A DNA stretch of 50,007 bases, taken from positions 6,982,914-7,032,920 of the forward strand of contig NC_069008.1 of NCBI RefSeq assembly GCF_001194135.2. Direction: 5' to 3'. The position numbers and the translations under genes are program-made. This document shows, piece after piece, positions 12,100 to 23,175 of this stretch. Within the stretch, counting starts at the first letter, position 1. Every line of letters starts with the position of its first letter. This stretch comes from Octopus bimaculoides. Its lineage: Eukaryota. The notes under the pieces were generated by a model. The model was not told where the DNA came from. It did not search any database and saw only the letters and a program-made list of their open reading frames with translations.

Positions 12100-13818
12100 G
12101 GATAGCTCCCTTTAATGTTCTTATACGTCTCTATTGTCATGCGTATCATCATTAAGCTCTCCGACACTCTAAAAGCGTTAGGGCTGGAGACCATCCCCTC
12201 TGTATCAATGTTCTTGTTTTGTGCTAGGAGTGCTATAAGAATTTCGTTGGTCTTCCTCACTAGCACAAAATTCCGTTGCTGCGCGGCTGGTTGCTGTAAT
12301 GGAACTTTTCTTTTTATTGCTTGTTGTACTTGTGATTCTGTTGGTGTATCTGTAATGGTAGTTTACTTGTTTTCTGTCTTTTTCCTGTGTTTCCTTTTCA
12401 GTCTTTCAGCCTTTTGGGTTTCCACCTCATCGTCGCTTTGACGTGTGGAGGAACCAGTGTCTTGCATATCTCCATTAAGTGCTGGTGTGGGTATGTTTGT
12501 GTTTGTGTGGTTGTCAACCTGTGAGTGAGAGTTTGAGAGAGGCGGGAAAAGGAGGAGCTAGGTTGTGAGACGCCGTGAGTAGTACATTCTTTTTCGGATG
12601 TTCGTGTTGACGTTTGTTCTGGTGTTCTTGTAGTTGTTGTTGCTGCTCCTGTTACTGTTGCTTCCGCTATTGCTGTTGGTGGTACTCCCCCTGCCACCTT
12701 TACTGACTCCCTGGATGCAGTTCCTGCTTCTATTTCCATGCCCTTCTGCTGTTGTTGTTCTTGTTGCTTTTGTTGTCCTGAAGGTTGTGTCGATTGCGTT
12801 TGGGATTTCCTTGCTGCCCTTTTGTTTTGGCTGTGGGAAGAAAGCCCGTAAGTGACCCATCGATCCACATATATGGCACCTCAGCCTCTTGCTCTCCACG
12901 TTTACTCACAGCTCTGCTCCATTCGGGAGGGAAATCAGGTCTAGGACTCACTCCACCTGCTCCTGTTTTACATGGGAGAAGCATCTCCAGGATAGTCCCA
13001 ACCCAATTCTCCCTTCGTGATTTTTTCACGTCCAGGAGATTTTCGTCGCCGTCCGCACAAATACAGGCGAGAATCCACCATATATCTAGCCCTGGCAGGA
13101 CGCCTGGCACCGTGATTCATACCGCTCTTCTTTCCGGGTACGTTGGGAAGAATTCCTCGGTACGACGAGTGGCCACCGAGTTCTGTAGAGTTAACTCCTT
13201 GGTCTTAAACAGGACCTCGAGCCCGCCGATCGGCCTCGCTCTCGCTATTTGGTCGATACTCTGCCATATGTCCTTCAATGCCCTTTCCACTTAGTCGCTC
13301 TTTGCATTTTCCAGTCTCCTGAACTTCATGTTCTCGCACCTGAAGACAACAGTCCGTTTGGCTGTAACTTGAAGTGCGTCGCTCGGAGGCGACAATTCCG
13401 CTCTCCTTCCATTTCTCTTCGTGTATTTCGAAGCATTTGCTAGATTTACCTTTTTATTTTCCAAGGAGATAGTGCAAAATTCTCTAGCTGCCGTAATATT
13501 TGGGAATGTCCCTTTATTACTATTTTCATGTATACCAGTCTCTTCACTGCTACTGTTGCTACTATCGCTGTCTTTGTTATTATTTCTGCTACTACTATTT
13601 CCATGGAAACCGTTTCGGCTTGTTTCACCTGCATGTTGAAAGGAAAACTTTTCTCCTACATTCCACTCGTCTTCTTTCTTCTTTTCTTGTCTCTTCTCTT
13701 CTTCATTCCTCCGTCCTTGCTGTCTACTGACAATCATGGTGGGGAAGATGGGGAAAACTTCGTGCAACCTGCTGTTCCACATTGTTTCTTCACTCCCACT
13801 ATCCGTCGCCATGTTCAA
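12100..13818 (-). pseudogene. ORF1 (gag-like nucleic-acid-binding protein), disrupted
   Basis: Pieces 13291-13818, 12730-13110, 12558-12899 (degenerate CCHC knuckle) and 12398-12868 (Q/T-rich tail); 3' boundary approximate. Confidence 0.7.
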
Positions 13819-13982
13819 TGTTTATAACTTCGGAGAAATTTTCGAAGAATTGTGAAACAAAACCGAGTTGCATAGAACCCCCACCCACCCCAAATAGAGC
13901 ATTGGTTCCCAAACGTCAGCTCCTCAGAAGAGCAACTGGCTTGCAAAACGATTTAAACAACAAAAATGCTTTTCTTCTCTAA

Positions 13983-14084
13983 GCAAAGTCGACCTCGGCG
14001 GAATTTGAACTCAGAACGTAGCGACGGGCAAAATACTGCTAAGCATTTCGTCCACCGCGCTAGCAATCCTGCCTGCTCGCCGGC
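13983..14084 (-). mobile_element. SINE-C 5' part, cut at the Tx1 element's 5' end
   Basis: GCAAAGTCGACCTCGGCGGAATTTGAACTCAGAACGTAGCG matches 29274-29313. Confidence 0.85.
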
Positions 14085-14110
14085 ATTATTATTACTATTA
14101 TTATTATTAT

Positions 14111-14420
14111 TTTATGTTTGACTTTTGTTTTGCATTTGTACAAGTTGGATCCAAGTCTCACCCAGAGACCTCAAGAGACAACAAGTTAGAAGTTCATGTA
14201 GGTGTTATGCCTAGGGTACCATATATTTGGATTTGTACAGTTTTGTTCAAGTGAATGTTTAAGAAACCATAAGAAAATTATGTGTTTGCTTTAAAATTTG
14301 AGATCACATAGACAGTATTTTACGTAGGATATGGGCAGTTCCCATGAGCACTATCTTTTGAACTTCAGCCATTTTGGGGTTTCCTGGTATCTGAGCTAGG
14401 TAGTAATCAGCCCGTTTCGC

Positions 14421-14421
<1 letters not shown>
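14111..14421 (-). mobile_element. 3' end of a Dong/R4-like retrotransposon inside (TAA)n
   Basis: C-terminus IPGNPKMAEVQKIVLMGTAHILRKILSM* fits the Dong/R4 pattern QKxxLLGTAxILRKxL; (ATT)n at 14085-14110 and (ATA)n at 14422-14470. Confidence 0.85.
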
Positions 14422-14472
<51 letters not shown>

Positions 14473-14884
14473 TATGTATGTATGAATATATCTATGTATA
14501 AGTGTATGTATGTATGTATGTATGTATGTATGTATGTATGTATATTATAAGATATATACATATTCCATGATGTCGGCGCGACTTATTTTTCACTAAATTG
14601 CTCGCTACTCCATTTAAATTCATAAATTATGCAGTATTCAAAGCTACGAGTTTTTCAGTGTAAGAGTTCATTTCTAATTTACGATACAGAAAACAAATAT
14701 CCGTGATCTTATCTCGTACTAAACTTTCAGCTCCAGGACGTTATTTCCACAACTCTATCTTTTATCATGCAGTGTTAAAAAATTTATGTAATGATGCCTT
14801 TGTGGCCAGCAGAATAGGGCTGGTAGTCCTGTGGATTTAGATGTAAAACTACCTAGATTCTGGATAGTACCGAAAACCTAAAAC

Positions 14885-15191
14885 TGGCTCTTCGTCGATT
14901 ACGATGACAAGGGTTCCAGTTGATCCGATCAACAGAACAGCCTGCTAGTAAAATCAACGTGCAAGTGGCTGAGTACTTCACAGACACGTGTACCTTTTAC
15001 GTAGTTCCCAGGGAGTGTGACAGGGTTGACCTGTGAAATACAGGTACTATTCATATTTGCCAGGAGAGTGAACTGGAGCAACGTGAAATAAAGTGTTTTG
15101 CTTAAGGACACGACGCGTCGCCCGGAATCGAACTCACGACCTTACGTTCGTACGAGCTCAATATCCTAACCACTAAGCCACGTGCCTTCAC
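14885..15191 (-). mobile_element. SINE-B, tail type 1
   Basis: Reverse complement of 3868-4190 with small internal differences. Confidence 0.9.
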
Positions 15192-15422
15192 GTTCCGAAA
15201 AACGGATGCATTTTATGTCAATCCGAAAGACGCTACTTCAAAGTTTTCCATGTAGAACTAATTACAGGAACATACACACATACATATACATGTGAGATGG
15301 TTGTAGAACGATGACGGTAGCCATATCAGAAGAAACAACAGTCACGTCTCCCTCAAATCACACCCTGCTGTCTTGAACTTTACATATAAACAGTCAAAAG
15401 TAGAAGACATGGTCCAATAACA

Positions 15423-15642
15423 TTCGCAGGTGTTACGTTTCAAAACCCCGCGATGGGTGAAAATCTGCGAACTAGAAACAGTACTGTACTGTATATATAT
15501 TTTAATTATTTTTGTAAGTTGTATATATGTATCTTATTATAAATGTAAAACAACACCAAGGAGGAATCGACGTAAGCTTAAATAATAAACCGCGATAAGT
15601 GAACCGCGGTAGATGACCCGCGATATGGCGAAGAATTACTGT
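15423..15642. mobile_element. Tigger/pogo-like MITE, one terminus eroded
   Basis: Right end CCGCGATATGGCGAAGAATTACTGTA (CAGTAA..CGC..TATCGCGG-type TIR plus TA); repeated CCGCGAT motifs. Confidence 0.55.
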
Positions 15643-15719
15643 AATTGTAATCTTGAGCATCGAGGGCCAATGTAGAGTCGAGTAAAAATAACAGTATCAC
15701 ACAGCAGGATTCTCATTCT

Positions 15720-16945
15720 ATCACTACCATCAGCAACATCACTATTGCTATCACCACTACCACTACTACAACACTGCCACTAACACCCCTACTACCACCA
15801 TAAACATCAACAACAACAACACCACCTTAAACTATAATCAAGATATTGTTTTTCTCTATCCTCCGGCAAATCATTATAGTTTGAACAATATATTAATATA
15901 GCGATGTAATGTTATCCGGTGAAGGTAGAAGTTATGTGATGCGGTGATGGAGGTGTTAGTGACAGCGATGTTGTGTTGGGATGGTAATGGGTCGTGCTTT
16001 TGGGGATGTGATGTGGGGTCGGTGCAGTGTTAAGTAGTGGCGGCGAGGTTGTTGTTCGAAGTAAAGTGGCAGTGGTGGTACGGTGAGGCAACAGTGGTAC
16101 AAATGTGACGGCGGCGGCGGCAGCGGTGGCGGTGGCAGTGGTNNNNNNNNNNNNNNNNNNNNNNNNNNNNNNNNNNNNNNNNNNNNNNNNNNNNNNNNNN
16201 NNNNNNNNNNNNNNNNNNNNNNNNNNNNNNNNNNNNNNNNNNNNNNNNNNNNNNNNNNNNNNNNNNNNNNNNNNNNNNNNNNNNNNNNNNNNNNNNNNNN
16301 NNNNNNNNNNNNNNNNNNNNNNNNNNNNNNNNNNNNNNNNNNNNNNNNNNNNNNNNNNNNNNNNNNNNNNNNNNNNNNNNNNNNNNNNNNNNNNNNNNNN
16401 NNNNNNNNNNNNNNNNNNNNNNNNNNNNNNNNNNNNNNNNNNNNNNNNNNNNNNNNNNNNNNNNNNNNNNNNNNNGGTGGCATGATGGCAGTGTTGGTTT
16501 TATTATAGTGGAGGTAGTGGAGATTTGTGGCGTTGGTGGTAGTGGTTGTAGTAGTGGTGGTGATGCTGCTGTGTACATTATCATGTCAATTTAACACCTC
16601 TTGAACTCATCTCATTTATAACACACTATTGATTTGTTGTGTTGATGGTGGTGGTTGTGGCTTTTGTGGTAGCAGTAAGGCTTTGATAGAGGTAGTGGTG
16701 GTGGTGTTGGTGGTGGTGTGAGAGCAGTGCTGCTAACATGTTGATGATTGTAGTGGTATGCTGTGATGGTGATGGTGATGGTGATAGTGTATCGGTGAGG
16801 ATGGAGTTGGTGGTTGTGGTGAAATTGATGGTTGGTGGAATATTAGCAGTGGTTAATATATTAATGGTGATTGGGTGGCAGTGATTGCGATTGCTCGTTG
16901 GTGGCGATGTGTACTTTGGGCTGTGAATTGAGTGATATTTAACTG
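15720..16945. repeat. Degenerate (CAC)n/(GGT)n low-complexity tracts around a gap
   Basis: Seen directly. Confidence 0.8.
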
Positions 16946-16991
16946 CTATTTTTACCACCAACTATATAAAGCCAATTTCTACACATTATAT

Positions 16992-17340
16992 GAAGGCGTA
17001 CGGCTTAATGGTTAGAGCTTCGGGCTCACGATCATGAGGTAGTGAGTACGATTCCTGGACTGGTCTGTGTGTTGTGCTCTTGAGCAAGACACTTTATTTC
17101 ACGTTAACCCAGTCCACTCAGCTGTAGAAATGAGTTGTGATATTGTCACTGGTGCCAAGGTGTATTAGCTTTTGCCTTTCCCTTGGATAACATCAGTGGT
17201 GTGGAGAGTGGAGCCTGGTATGCATGGGCGACAGCTGGTCTTCCATAAACAGCCCGGACTAGAGCCTCGGTGGGGAAATTTCTAGGCGCGATCCTATGGT
17301 CATTCATGACCGAAGGGGGTCTTTACCCTCACCCCTTTTT
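16992..17340 (+). mobile_element. SINE-B head and core with tail type 3
   Basis: tRNA-like head plus TTGAGCAAGACACTTTATTTCACG...CAGTCCACTCAGCTG core, then a body unrelated to tail types 1 and 2. Confidence 0.85.
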
Positions 17341-17394
17341 TTTACACATCCATGCACGCCGTAACCAGTGTAATGTTGATCCAATGTTGATCCA

Positions 17395-17773
17395 TTTATT
17401 CTTTTATTCTTTACTTGTTTCAGTCATATGACTGCGGCCATGCTGGAGCACCGCCTTTATTCGAACAAATCGCCCCAGGACTTATTCTTTATAAGCCTAG
17501 TACTTATTCTATCGGTCTATTTTACTGAACCACTAAGTTACGGGGACGTAAACATACCCACGTCGGTTGTCAAGCGATAGTGGGGGGGGGACAAACACAG
17601 ACACACACACAAACATAGGCACACACATACACACACATACACACACACACACACACACGCACACACACACATCTACAACGAGCTTCTCTCATGTTCCGTC
17701 GACCAAATCTACTCACAAGGCTTTGGTCGGCCCGAGGCTATAGCAAAAGACACTTGCCCAAAGTGACACGCAG
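17395..17773 (-). mobile_element. SINE-A, head truncated at the junction with a PLE
   Basis: Matches 9942-10340; ends at GACACGCAG before the B-box. Confidence 0.9.
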
Positions 17774-18470
17774 GTAGAGTATGGAGGATTGTTTTTTGTT
17801 GTCATATTGTCTCAGATGTTCATTTAGTCTCTCCGCAATGATCCTAGATGTCTGATCTTTATATATTGTGTTCTTGCCTTTACAAGCACCTTATACTGTA
17901 GACTACATTTCTAGTTCTGCAGTTAATGCCAGGGTTAATCTTACATACCATACAGTTACCAATGGTGCATGTGGTATTCTCAAAGGGGTAGTCCTACATA
18001 ACTGTGATCTGATGGAGGTCCCTGGCTTTTCAACAATCTGAATGTTGAATTTAGCCTCCTTCAGAGCTTACCTAAATCTACGGGTTAGTTCTCCATTAGC
18101 TGTGGCCTCTACAAACATGACTTCTTGATATTTGTCGGTCTTCTACCACGTGTTCACCCTGCTTGCTTTGTCACAAATTCTTGTATTGTATTCCAGTCTT
18201 TATTTTTAAATCTAGGGCAGGTACTACTGGTTTCATTACTGATAATGCTATCTAACTTCTTTCTAACACCCCTGTATACCCGAATCCTATCTTTCTGACC
18301 ATACCTAGTGAATTGCATGCGGTGCATGAAGTTCTGTACGTGCTTCTTTGTTTCATAGGGTTCGCATAGTGGGGGCACGTTGTTCCTTATCCTAACTAGG
18401 TCTGCTATAAATATGTTGATTTTCATGTTGTGTGCCAAAGCTGAGTTCTATTATCGGTATAAATTACCTA
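17774..18470 (-). pseudogene. Penelope-like element ORF remnant (RT C-terminus, Cys-rich linker, GIY-YIG endonuclease), Neptune-type
   Basis: SALAHNMKINIF...RMQFTRYGQKDRIRVY; VMFVEATANGEL; CTIGNCMVC...NCRTRNVVYSIRC; IYKDQTSRIIAERLNEH. Confidence 0.85.
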
Positions 18471-18479
18471 TGTTAACCC

Positions 18480-18860
18480 TGAGCATGCATATGCAAGCAT
18501 ATTATGCTCATAGAAAACAGGCAATAACAAAAATAAACAAGTGTTTATCAGGAATCAAATTCAAATTAAGCAAAAAATGGAGAAATCTTGATCAACAACA
18601 ACTGACTACCATCGAGAGGAGGAATGAAGGCTTAAAAAATTTTAAGCCTTCATTTCTCCTCTCGAGGCTCCTCTTCTTTTTTTTCTTTTATTTTATGCGG
18701 TTTTCTTCACCCTGATGAAGCTCCATGTTCCAAATCGGATGTGTTATAAAATATGACGAATATTATTCTCAGAATTGTCTTTGCCAACACTGTGGAACAT
18801 TGGAGGCAGAAACGGCTGTTAGAAGAGATAACGTTTTGTATTAAAAAATAATAATCGATG
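18480..18860 (+). mobile_element. Probable inverted PLE pseudo-LTR with a 25-bp hairpin and a degenerate hammerhead motif
   Basis: Hairpin 18613-18664; CTGATGA at 18712-18718; stem CTCCA-TGTTCCA / TGGAACA-T-TGGAG; GAAAC at 18809-18813. Confidence 0.55.
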
Positions 18861-19141
18861 GTAGTCAGTTGTTGTTGATCAAGATTTCTCCATTTTCTGC
18901 TAAATTTATATATATATATATATNNNNNNNNNNNNNNNNNNNNNNNNNNNNNNNNNNNNNNNNNNNNNNNNNNNNNNNNNNNNNNNNNNNNNNNNNNNNN
19001 NNNNNNNNNNNNNNNNNNNNNNNNNNNNNNNNNNNNNNNNNNNNNNNNNNNNNNNNNNNNNNNNNNNNNNNNNNNNNNNNNNNNNNNNNNNNNNNNNNNN
19101 NNNNNNNNNNNNATATATATATATATATATATAAGGGTTAG

Positions 19142-19811
19142 TATTGTTTACAATAATATTAAGTTGTATAGCATGCAAAAATAACCATCAAGATAACACC
19201 ATGAGGTAAAAAATATTAATTAATAATTTAGGGTGCTACAAATAGCCGCCAGAAGACGACTACAACTACAAATTTTCACTGATACACATTAATTGAAATC
19301 GGGTAAATAAGCAGAAATTCTAAGCCTCCCTACCGATAACGAAAAGAATCATAAATTGAAAATAATTAATATTTTTTTACCTTATGGTATTACCTTGATG
19401 GTTATTTACGCATGCTATACCACTTGATATTATTGAAACAATAATATCCTCATATCTTTATAATTTATTATTCACTTCGATCACCTTTTTAAATTTGCCG
19501 TGACATTAAAAACGGTCATCGCGTACATTGTTTAAGAGGGACAGTTTCTATGACCCTATGACCCTTGGGTTAGTAAGACTCGCTGAGGATATAACTAAGT
19601 AACATTTTCACAAAGCTTGAAATTGTAATGATACGGGTATGTATGGCTTTTCAAATTACGATTCTTTTCGTTATTGGTAGGGAGGCTTAGAATTTCTGCT
19701 CATTCCCTCGATTTCAATTTATGTGTATCGGTGAAAATTTGTAATTGTAGTCGTCTTCTGGCTCTTAATTTTAGCGCGCTGGTGCTACTTGTAGCACACT
19801 TAATTATTAAT
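19142..19811. mobile_element. Foldback/MITE-like element with two interleaved inverted repeats
   Basis: A 19142-19222 versus A' 19363-19443; B 19218-19364 versus B' 19648-19811; each about 85-90% identical by eye. Confidence 0.7.
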
Positions 19812-20231
19812 GCGCGCGTGCGTGTGTATGTGTGCATTATGTGTATGTGTGTGTACAGTTAGAGTAGGGATACAATATCCAGGCAGACACCGAATTTATC
19901 TATGTAAAATGCCAGGGCTGGTTCTTTCAGATGGTATGTTTTATGGTAGATTTCCTTTAACTCCCATCCGATGCTACAGATTTTTCTTGAGTACTTAAAG
20001 CATAAAGTACAATGTTGATAGGGAGGAGAATGAAGGATTTGAACAACGAACTTTATGTTTATTTACAGTTGGTTCATTCATAATAATTGTCCGACACGTG
20101 CTTCGATTGCACTAATTGCATGTAGTTGCATATTTATATGCAGCGATTTATGTATTATTAGTACATTCTCTTCAGGGTGTATAAATGACATTGTTCGAAG
20201 AGGAATTTTCCTCTATTATTAGTTTCAATTG

Positions 20232-20260
<29 letters not shown>

Positions 20261-20279
<19 letters not shown>

Positions 20280-20355
20280 AACCATGACGTTCATCGATGA
20301 GCTGTGAAAAACAGCTCATCGATGAATGTCATGGTTTACTATTACTACTACTACT
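20261..20355. repeat. Inverted repeat of about 45 bp with 5-nt loop, extended by (GTA)n/(TAC)n
   Basis: AAACCATGACGTTCATCGATGAGCTGT-GAAAA-ACAGCTCATCGATGAATGTCATGGTTT. Confidence 0.95.
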
Positions 20356-20953
20356 ATTAATTCAAACCTAATCGAGACGAATAAACCAACTGTAAATAAA
20401 CTGTTTGAATGTTCAAATTTTTCATTCTCCTTATTATCAATATATATNNNNNNNNNNNNNNNNNNNNNNNNNNNNNNNNNNNNNNNNNNNNNNNNNNNNN
20501 NNNNNNNNNNNNNNNNNNNNNNNNNNNNNNNNNNNNNNNNNNNNNNNNNNNNNNNNNNNNNNNNNNNNNNNNNNNNNNNNNNNNNNNNNNNNNNNNNNNN
20601 NNNNNNNNNNNNNNNNNNNNNNNNNNNNNNNNNNNNNNNNNNNNNNNNNNNNNNNNNNNNNNNNNNNNNNNNNNNNNNNNNNNNNNNNNNNNNNNNNNNN
20701 NNNNNNNNNNNNNNNNNNNNNNNNNNNNNNNNNNNNNNNNNNNNNNNNNNNNNNNNNNNNNNNNNNNNNNNNNNNNNNNNNNNNNNNNNNNNNNNNNNNN
20801 NNNNNNNNNNNNNNNNNNNNNNNNNNNNNNNNNNNNNNNNNNNNNNNNNNNNNNNNNNNNNNNNNNNNNNNNNNNNNNNNNNNNNNNNNNNNNNNNNNNN
20901 NNNNNNNNNNNNNNNNNNNNNNNNNNNNNNNNNNNNNNNNNNNNNNNNNNNNN

Positions 20954-22330
20954 AACTCTCGATGCCAAAGTTTGGGACAAGTCCTTCCAGGATCTTCCAG
21001 ATGTATATTATGGCATATCTTTCTAGTCTACGCTCTAAGGAATAGAGTCTTAATCTCTTGAGTCTTTCCCAATATCTTATATGCTGCATAGAGGCTATCT
21101 TCTTCGTGTAGCTTCGTTGGATTGCCTCAAGTTCTGAGATTAATTTGACACTGGTTAATGACCATAGCTGAGAGCAATAATCAAAGTGGCTTAGGACAAG
21201 TGTCCTCCAGAGGACCATCATGATTTCCTGATCTCTTGTTCTAAAAGTTCTAAGAATCCATCCGGTCAGTCGCCTGCATTTCATTGACAATTTAGCAACG
21301 TGCACATGAAAGGATGCATCATTACTCATGTAAATGCCCAGATCTCGCACTGAATGTGCCTCTGGGATTGCAATCCCTCCAGGTCAAGTGTAGTTAATGG
21401 ATATTGCATTTAGTCTTGCATGCTGATAGCATAAGGCTTGAAACTTTTCAGCATTAAACTGCATGTTATTCTTTTCAGCCCACTTGTATATTTCATTCAG
21501 CTCACATTGCAGGTGCATAGTATCTTCAGGGTTCTGTATTACCTGTGAGACTTTTGTATCATCTGCATAGCTTGTGATTGTGGCTCTCTGTGTGGCTGAG
21601 GGCATGTCTGAGAGGGCTATTATGAACAGTAGTGGTCCCAAAACAGTACCTTGCGGAACACCGCTCACTATTTGCGTGTTATTGGATGTGACCCCATTGG
21701 TTACTACCACCTGATTTCTATCCTTCAGAAAGTCATGAAGCCATTCTCCCAATTTTCCAACTATACCGAGATCACACAGTTTGTGACATATCATTCCATG
21801 ATCGACTTTATCAAAGGCCTTTGCAAAGTCGAGATATATCACTTCCACATTTGAGTGGTTGAGCAGCTGTTTCAGCACCCAGTCATAGTGTTGTAAGAAC
21901 TGAGTCAGGCAGCTTCTTCCTGGTCGGAAACCATGTTGGGTATCAAGCAACAAGTCATTTTCTTCAAGGAAGGCGATTAGTTTTCTTCTGACTTTTCGTT
22001 CCATAACCTTGCTGATGTGTGAGGTGAGAGAGATAGGTCTGTAGTTCTTGGCCTCCGCTCTGCTACCTCCTTTATGAATAGGGCACATTTTCCCCTCCTT
22101 CAGTTTTCTTGGGAGTTTGCCAAATGCAAGGAAGCTCTGAAAGAGGGACTGCAGTGGTCTTGTTAGAACTCGCTTGCATACTTTTAGAAGGGGCAATAGC
22201 TGAGTTTGTTTTCATTCTATCTATAGCCTTTATTACATCGTCTTCCTTTATATTAATGTAATCGATCATCATTGCCTCTGTTTTTATATCTGCAGTGGTA
22301 TATAGATTTACTCCTCCTGTATGTGCGTAT
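20954..22330 (-). mobile_element. CR1-type LINE, 5'-truncated; RT region nearly intact; 3' end in gap
   Basis: NYRPISLTS, QHGFRPGRSC, YLDFAKAFDKVDH, SGVPQGTVLGPLLF, YADDTK, RDLG, SLERRLERY; one in-frame stop at 21384-21386 and a short deletion near 22200. Confidence 0.95.
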
Positions 22331-22476
22331 TTTATTAAAAAAAAAAAACGTAATAATTGAAGTAGAAAAAAGATCAATTTAATACACGAACTTCTGTTTG
22401 TTTATTATATGACAATAACAAGTGAGTTATATGTGTTATTTTATATATCAATGCAGTATTGGCAATTATATAATAC

Positions 22477-22598
22477 ACAAGGCTTTGGTCGGCATGGAGC
22501 TGTAATGAAAGAGAATTGCCCAACGCACCGCACAGTGGGACTGAACCCAAGTCTTCGTGGTTGGAAAGCAAGCTTCTCAACTACACAGCCACGCCTAT
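22477..22598 (-). mobile_element. SINE-A head fragment
   Basis: Minus strand GGCGTGGCTGTGTAG (A-box) ... GGTTCAGTCCC (B-box). Confidence 0.8.
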
Positions 22599-22844
22599 AA
22601 AGGAGACATACATTTTGGATAATATGCTCCTTGATACAATATGCTTAACAAAAAGATGGGATGTTTACGGCACGTAGACCTTTGACTTTAATATTTACTC
22701 GAGCAACGCAACAGCTAACAACTCCACGCCATACAGGATATTCCAGAATTAACAATACGTTTCAACGATATTGAGCAAATTAAAAAAAAAAAAACTGACA
22801 GAATTCTATGTTTATAATCAAAACAGATATATTTATAAATCTTA

Positions 22845-23030
22845 CGTTAAGCTTTTATTGAAAATTATTAACATGTCTGTATCCCTGCATACTTCAAATC
22901 TTTCCTTAGCGTTGTGAAACACATTTTGAAGCATTTCAGGAGTTAGCTCCTGTGCTGCTAACTGAGTGTGTTCTTTAAGCTCAGCCAAACGATTGCTCCA
23001 TCTTGGAGATCGAGGTAAAGAAAATGATTG
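22845..23030 (-). pseudogene. Tc1/mariner-type transposase C-terminal fragment with internal deletion
   Basis: LPRSP...LAELKEHTQLAAQELTPEMLQNVFHNAKERFEVC resembles the WPPRSPD...ELKxxI...ITPEMLQNV C-terminus. Confidence 0.55.
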
Positions 23031-23175
23031 CTGCCAAAGTGAAAGAAAGCTGTCATGAACAAACAAGAAGGGTCCAACAGGAATGAAAATAAAATTACAA
23101 GCAAAATTCAAAATTTATACACTTTTAACACATATTAAACATGATAAACATAAATAAAAGTGAGTTTTAAAAAAG

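Larger units (their letters stand above)
10441..13982 (-). mobile_element. L1/Tx1-type LINE, decayed; 5' part present, 3' half of RT missing
   Basis: ORF1 with zinc knuckle CHICGSMGH; APE motifs FRLVAVYAP, GDWN, TDHRLV, GHWKLN; RT motifs NFRPVTLLNADYKILAK and a frameshifted LDQSK-ALDMVDHQY. Confidence 0.9.

Noticed and set aside
20954-22196. RT ORF as a host gene or active element
   Set aside because: It is a 5'-truncated CR1 copy with an in-frame stop and a deletion, and lacks the endonuclease.
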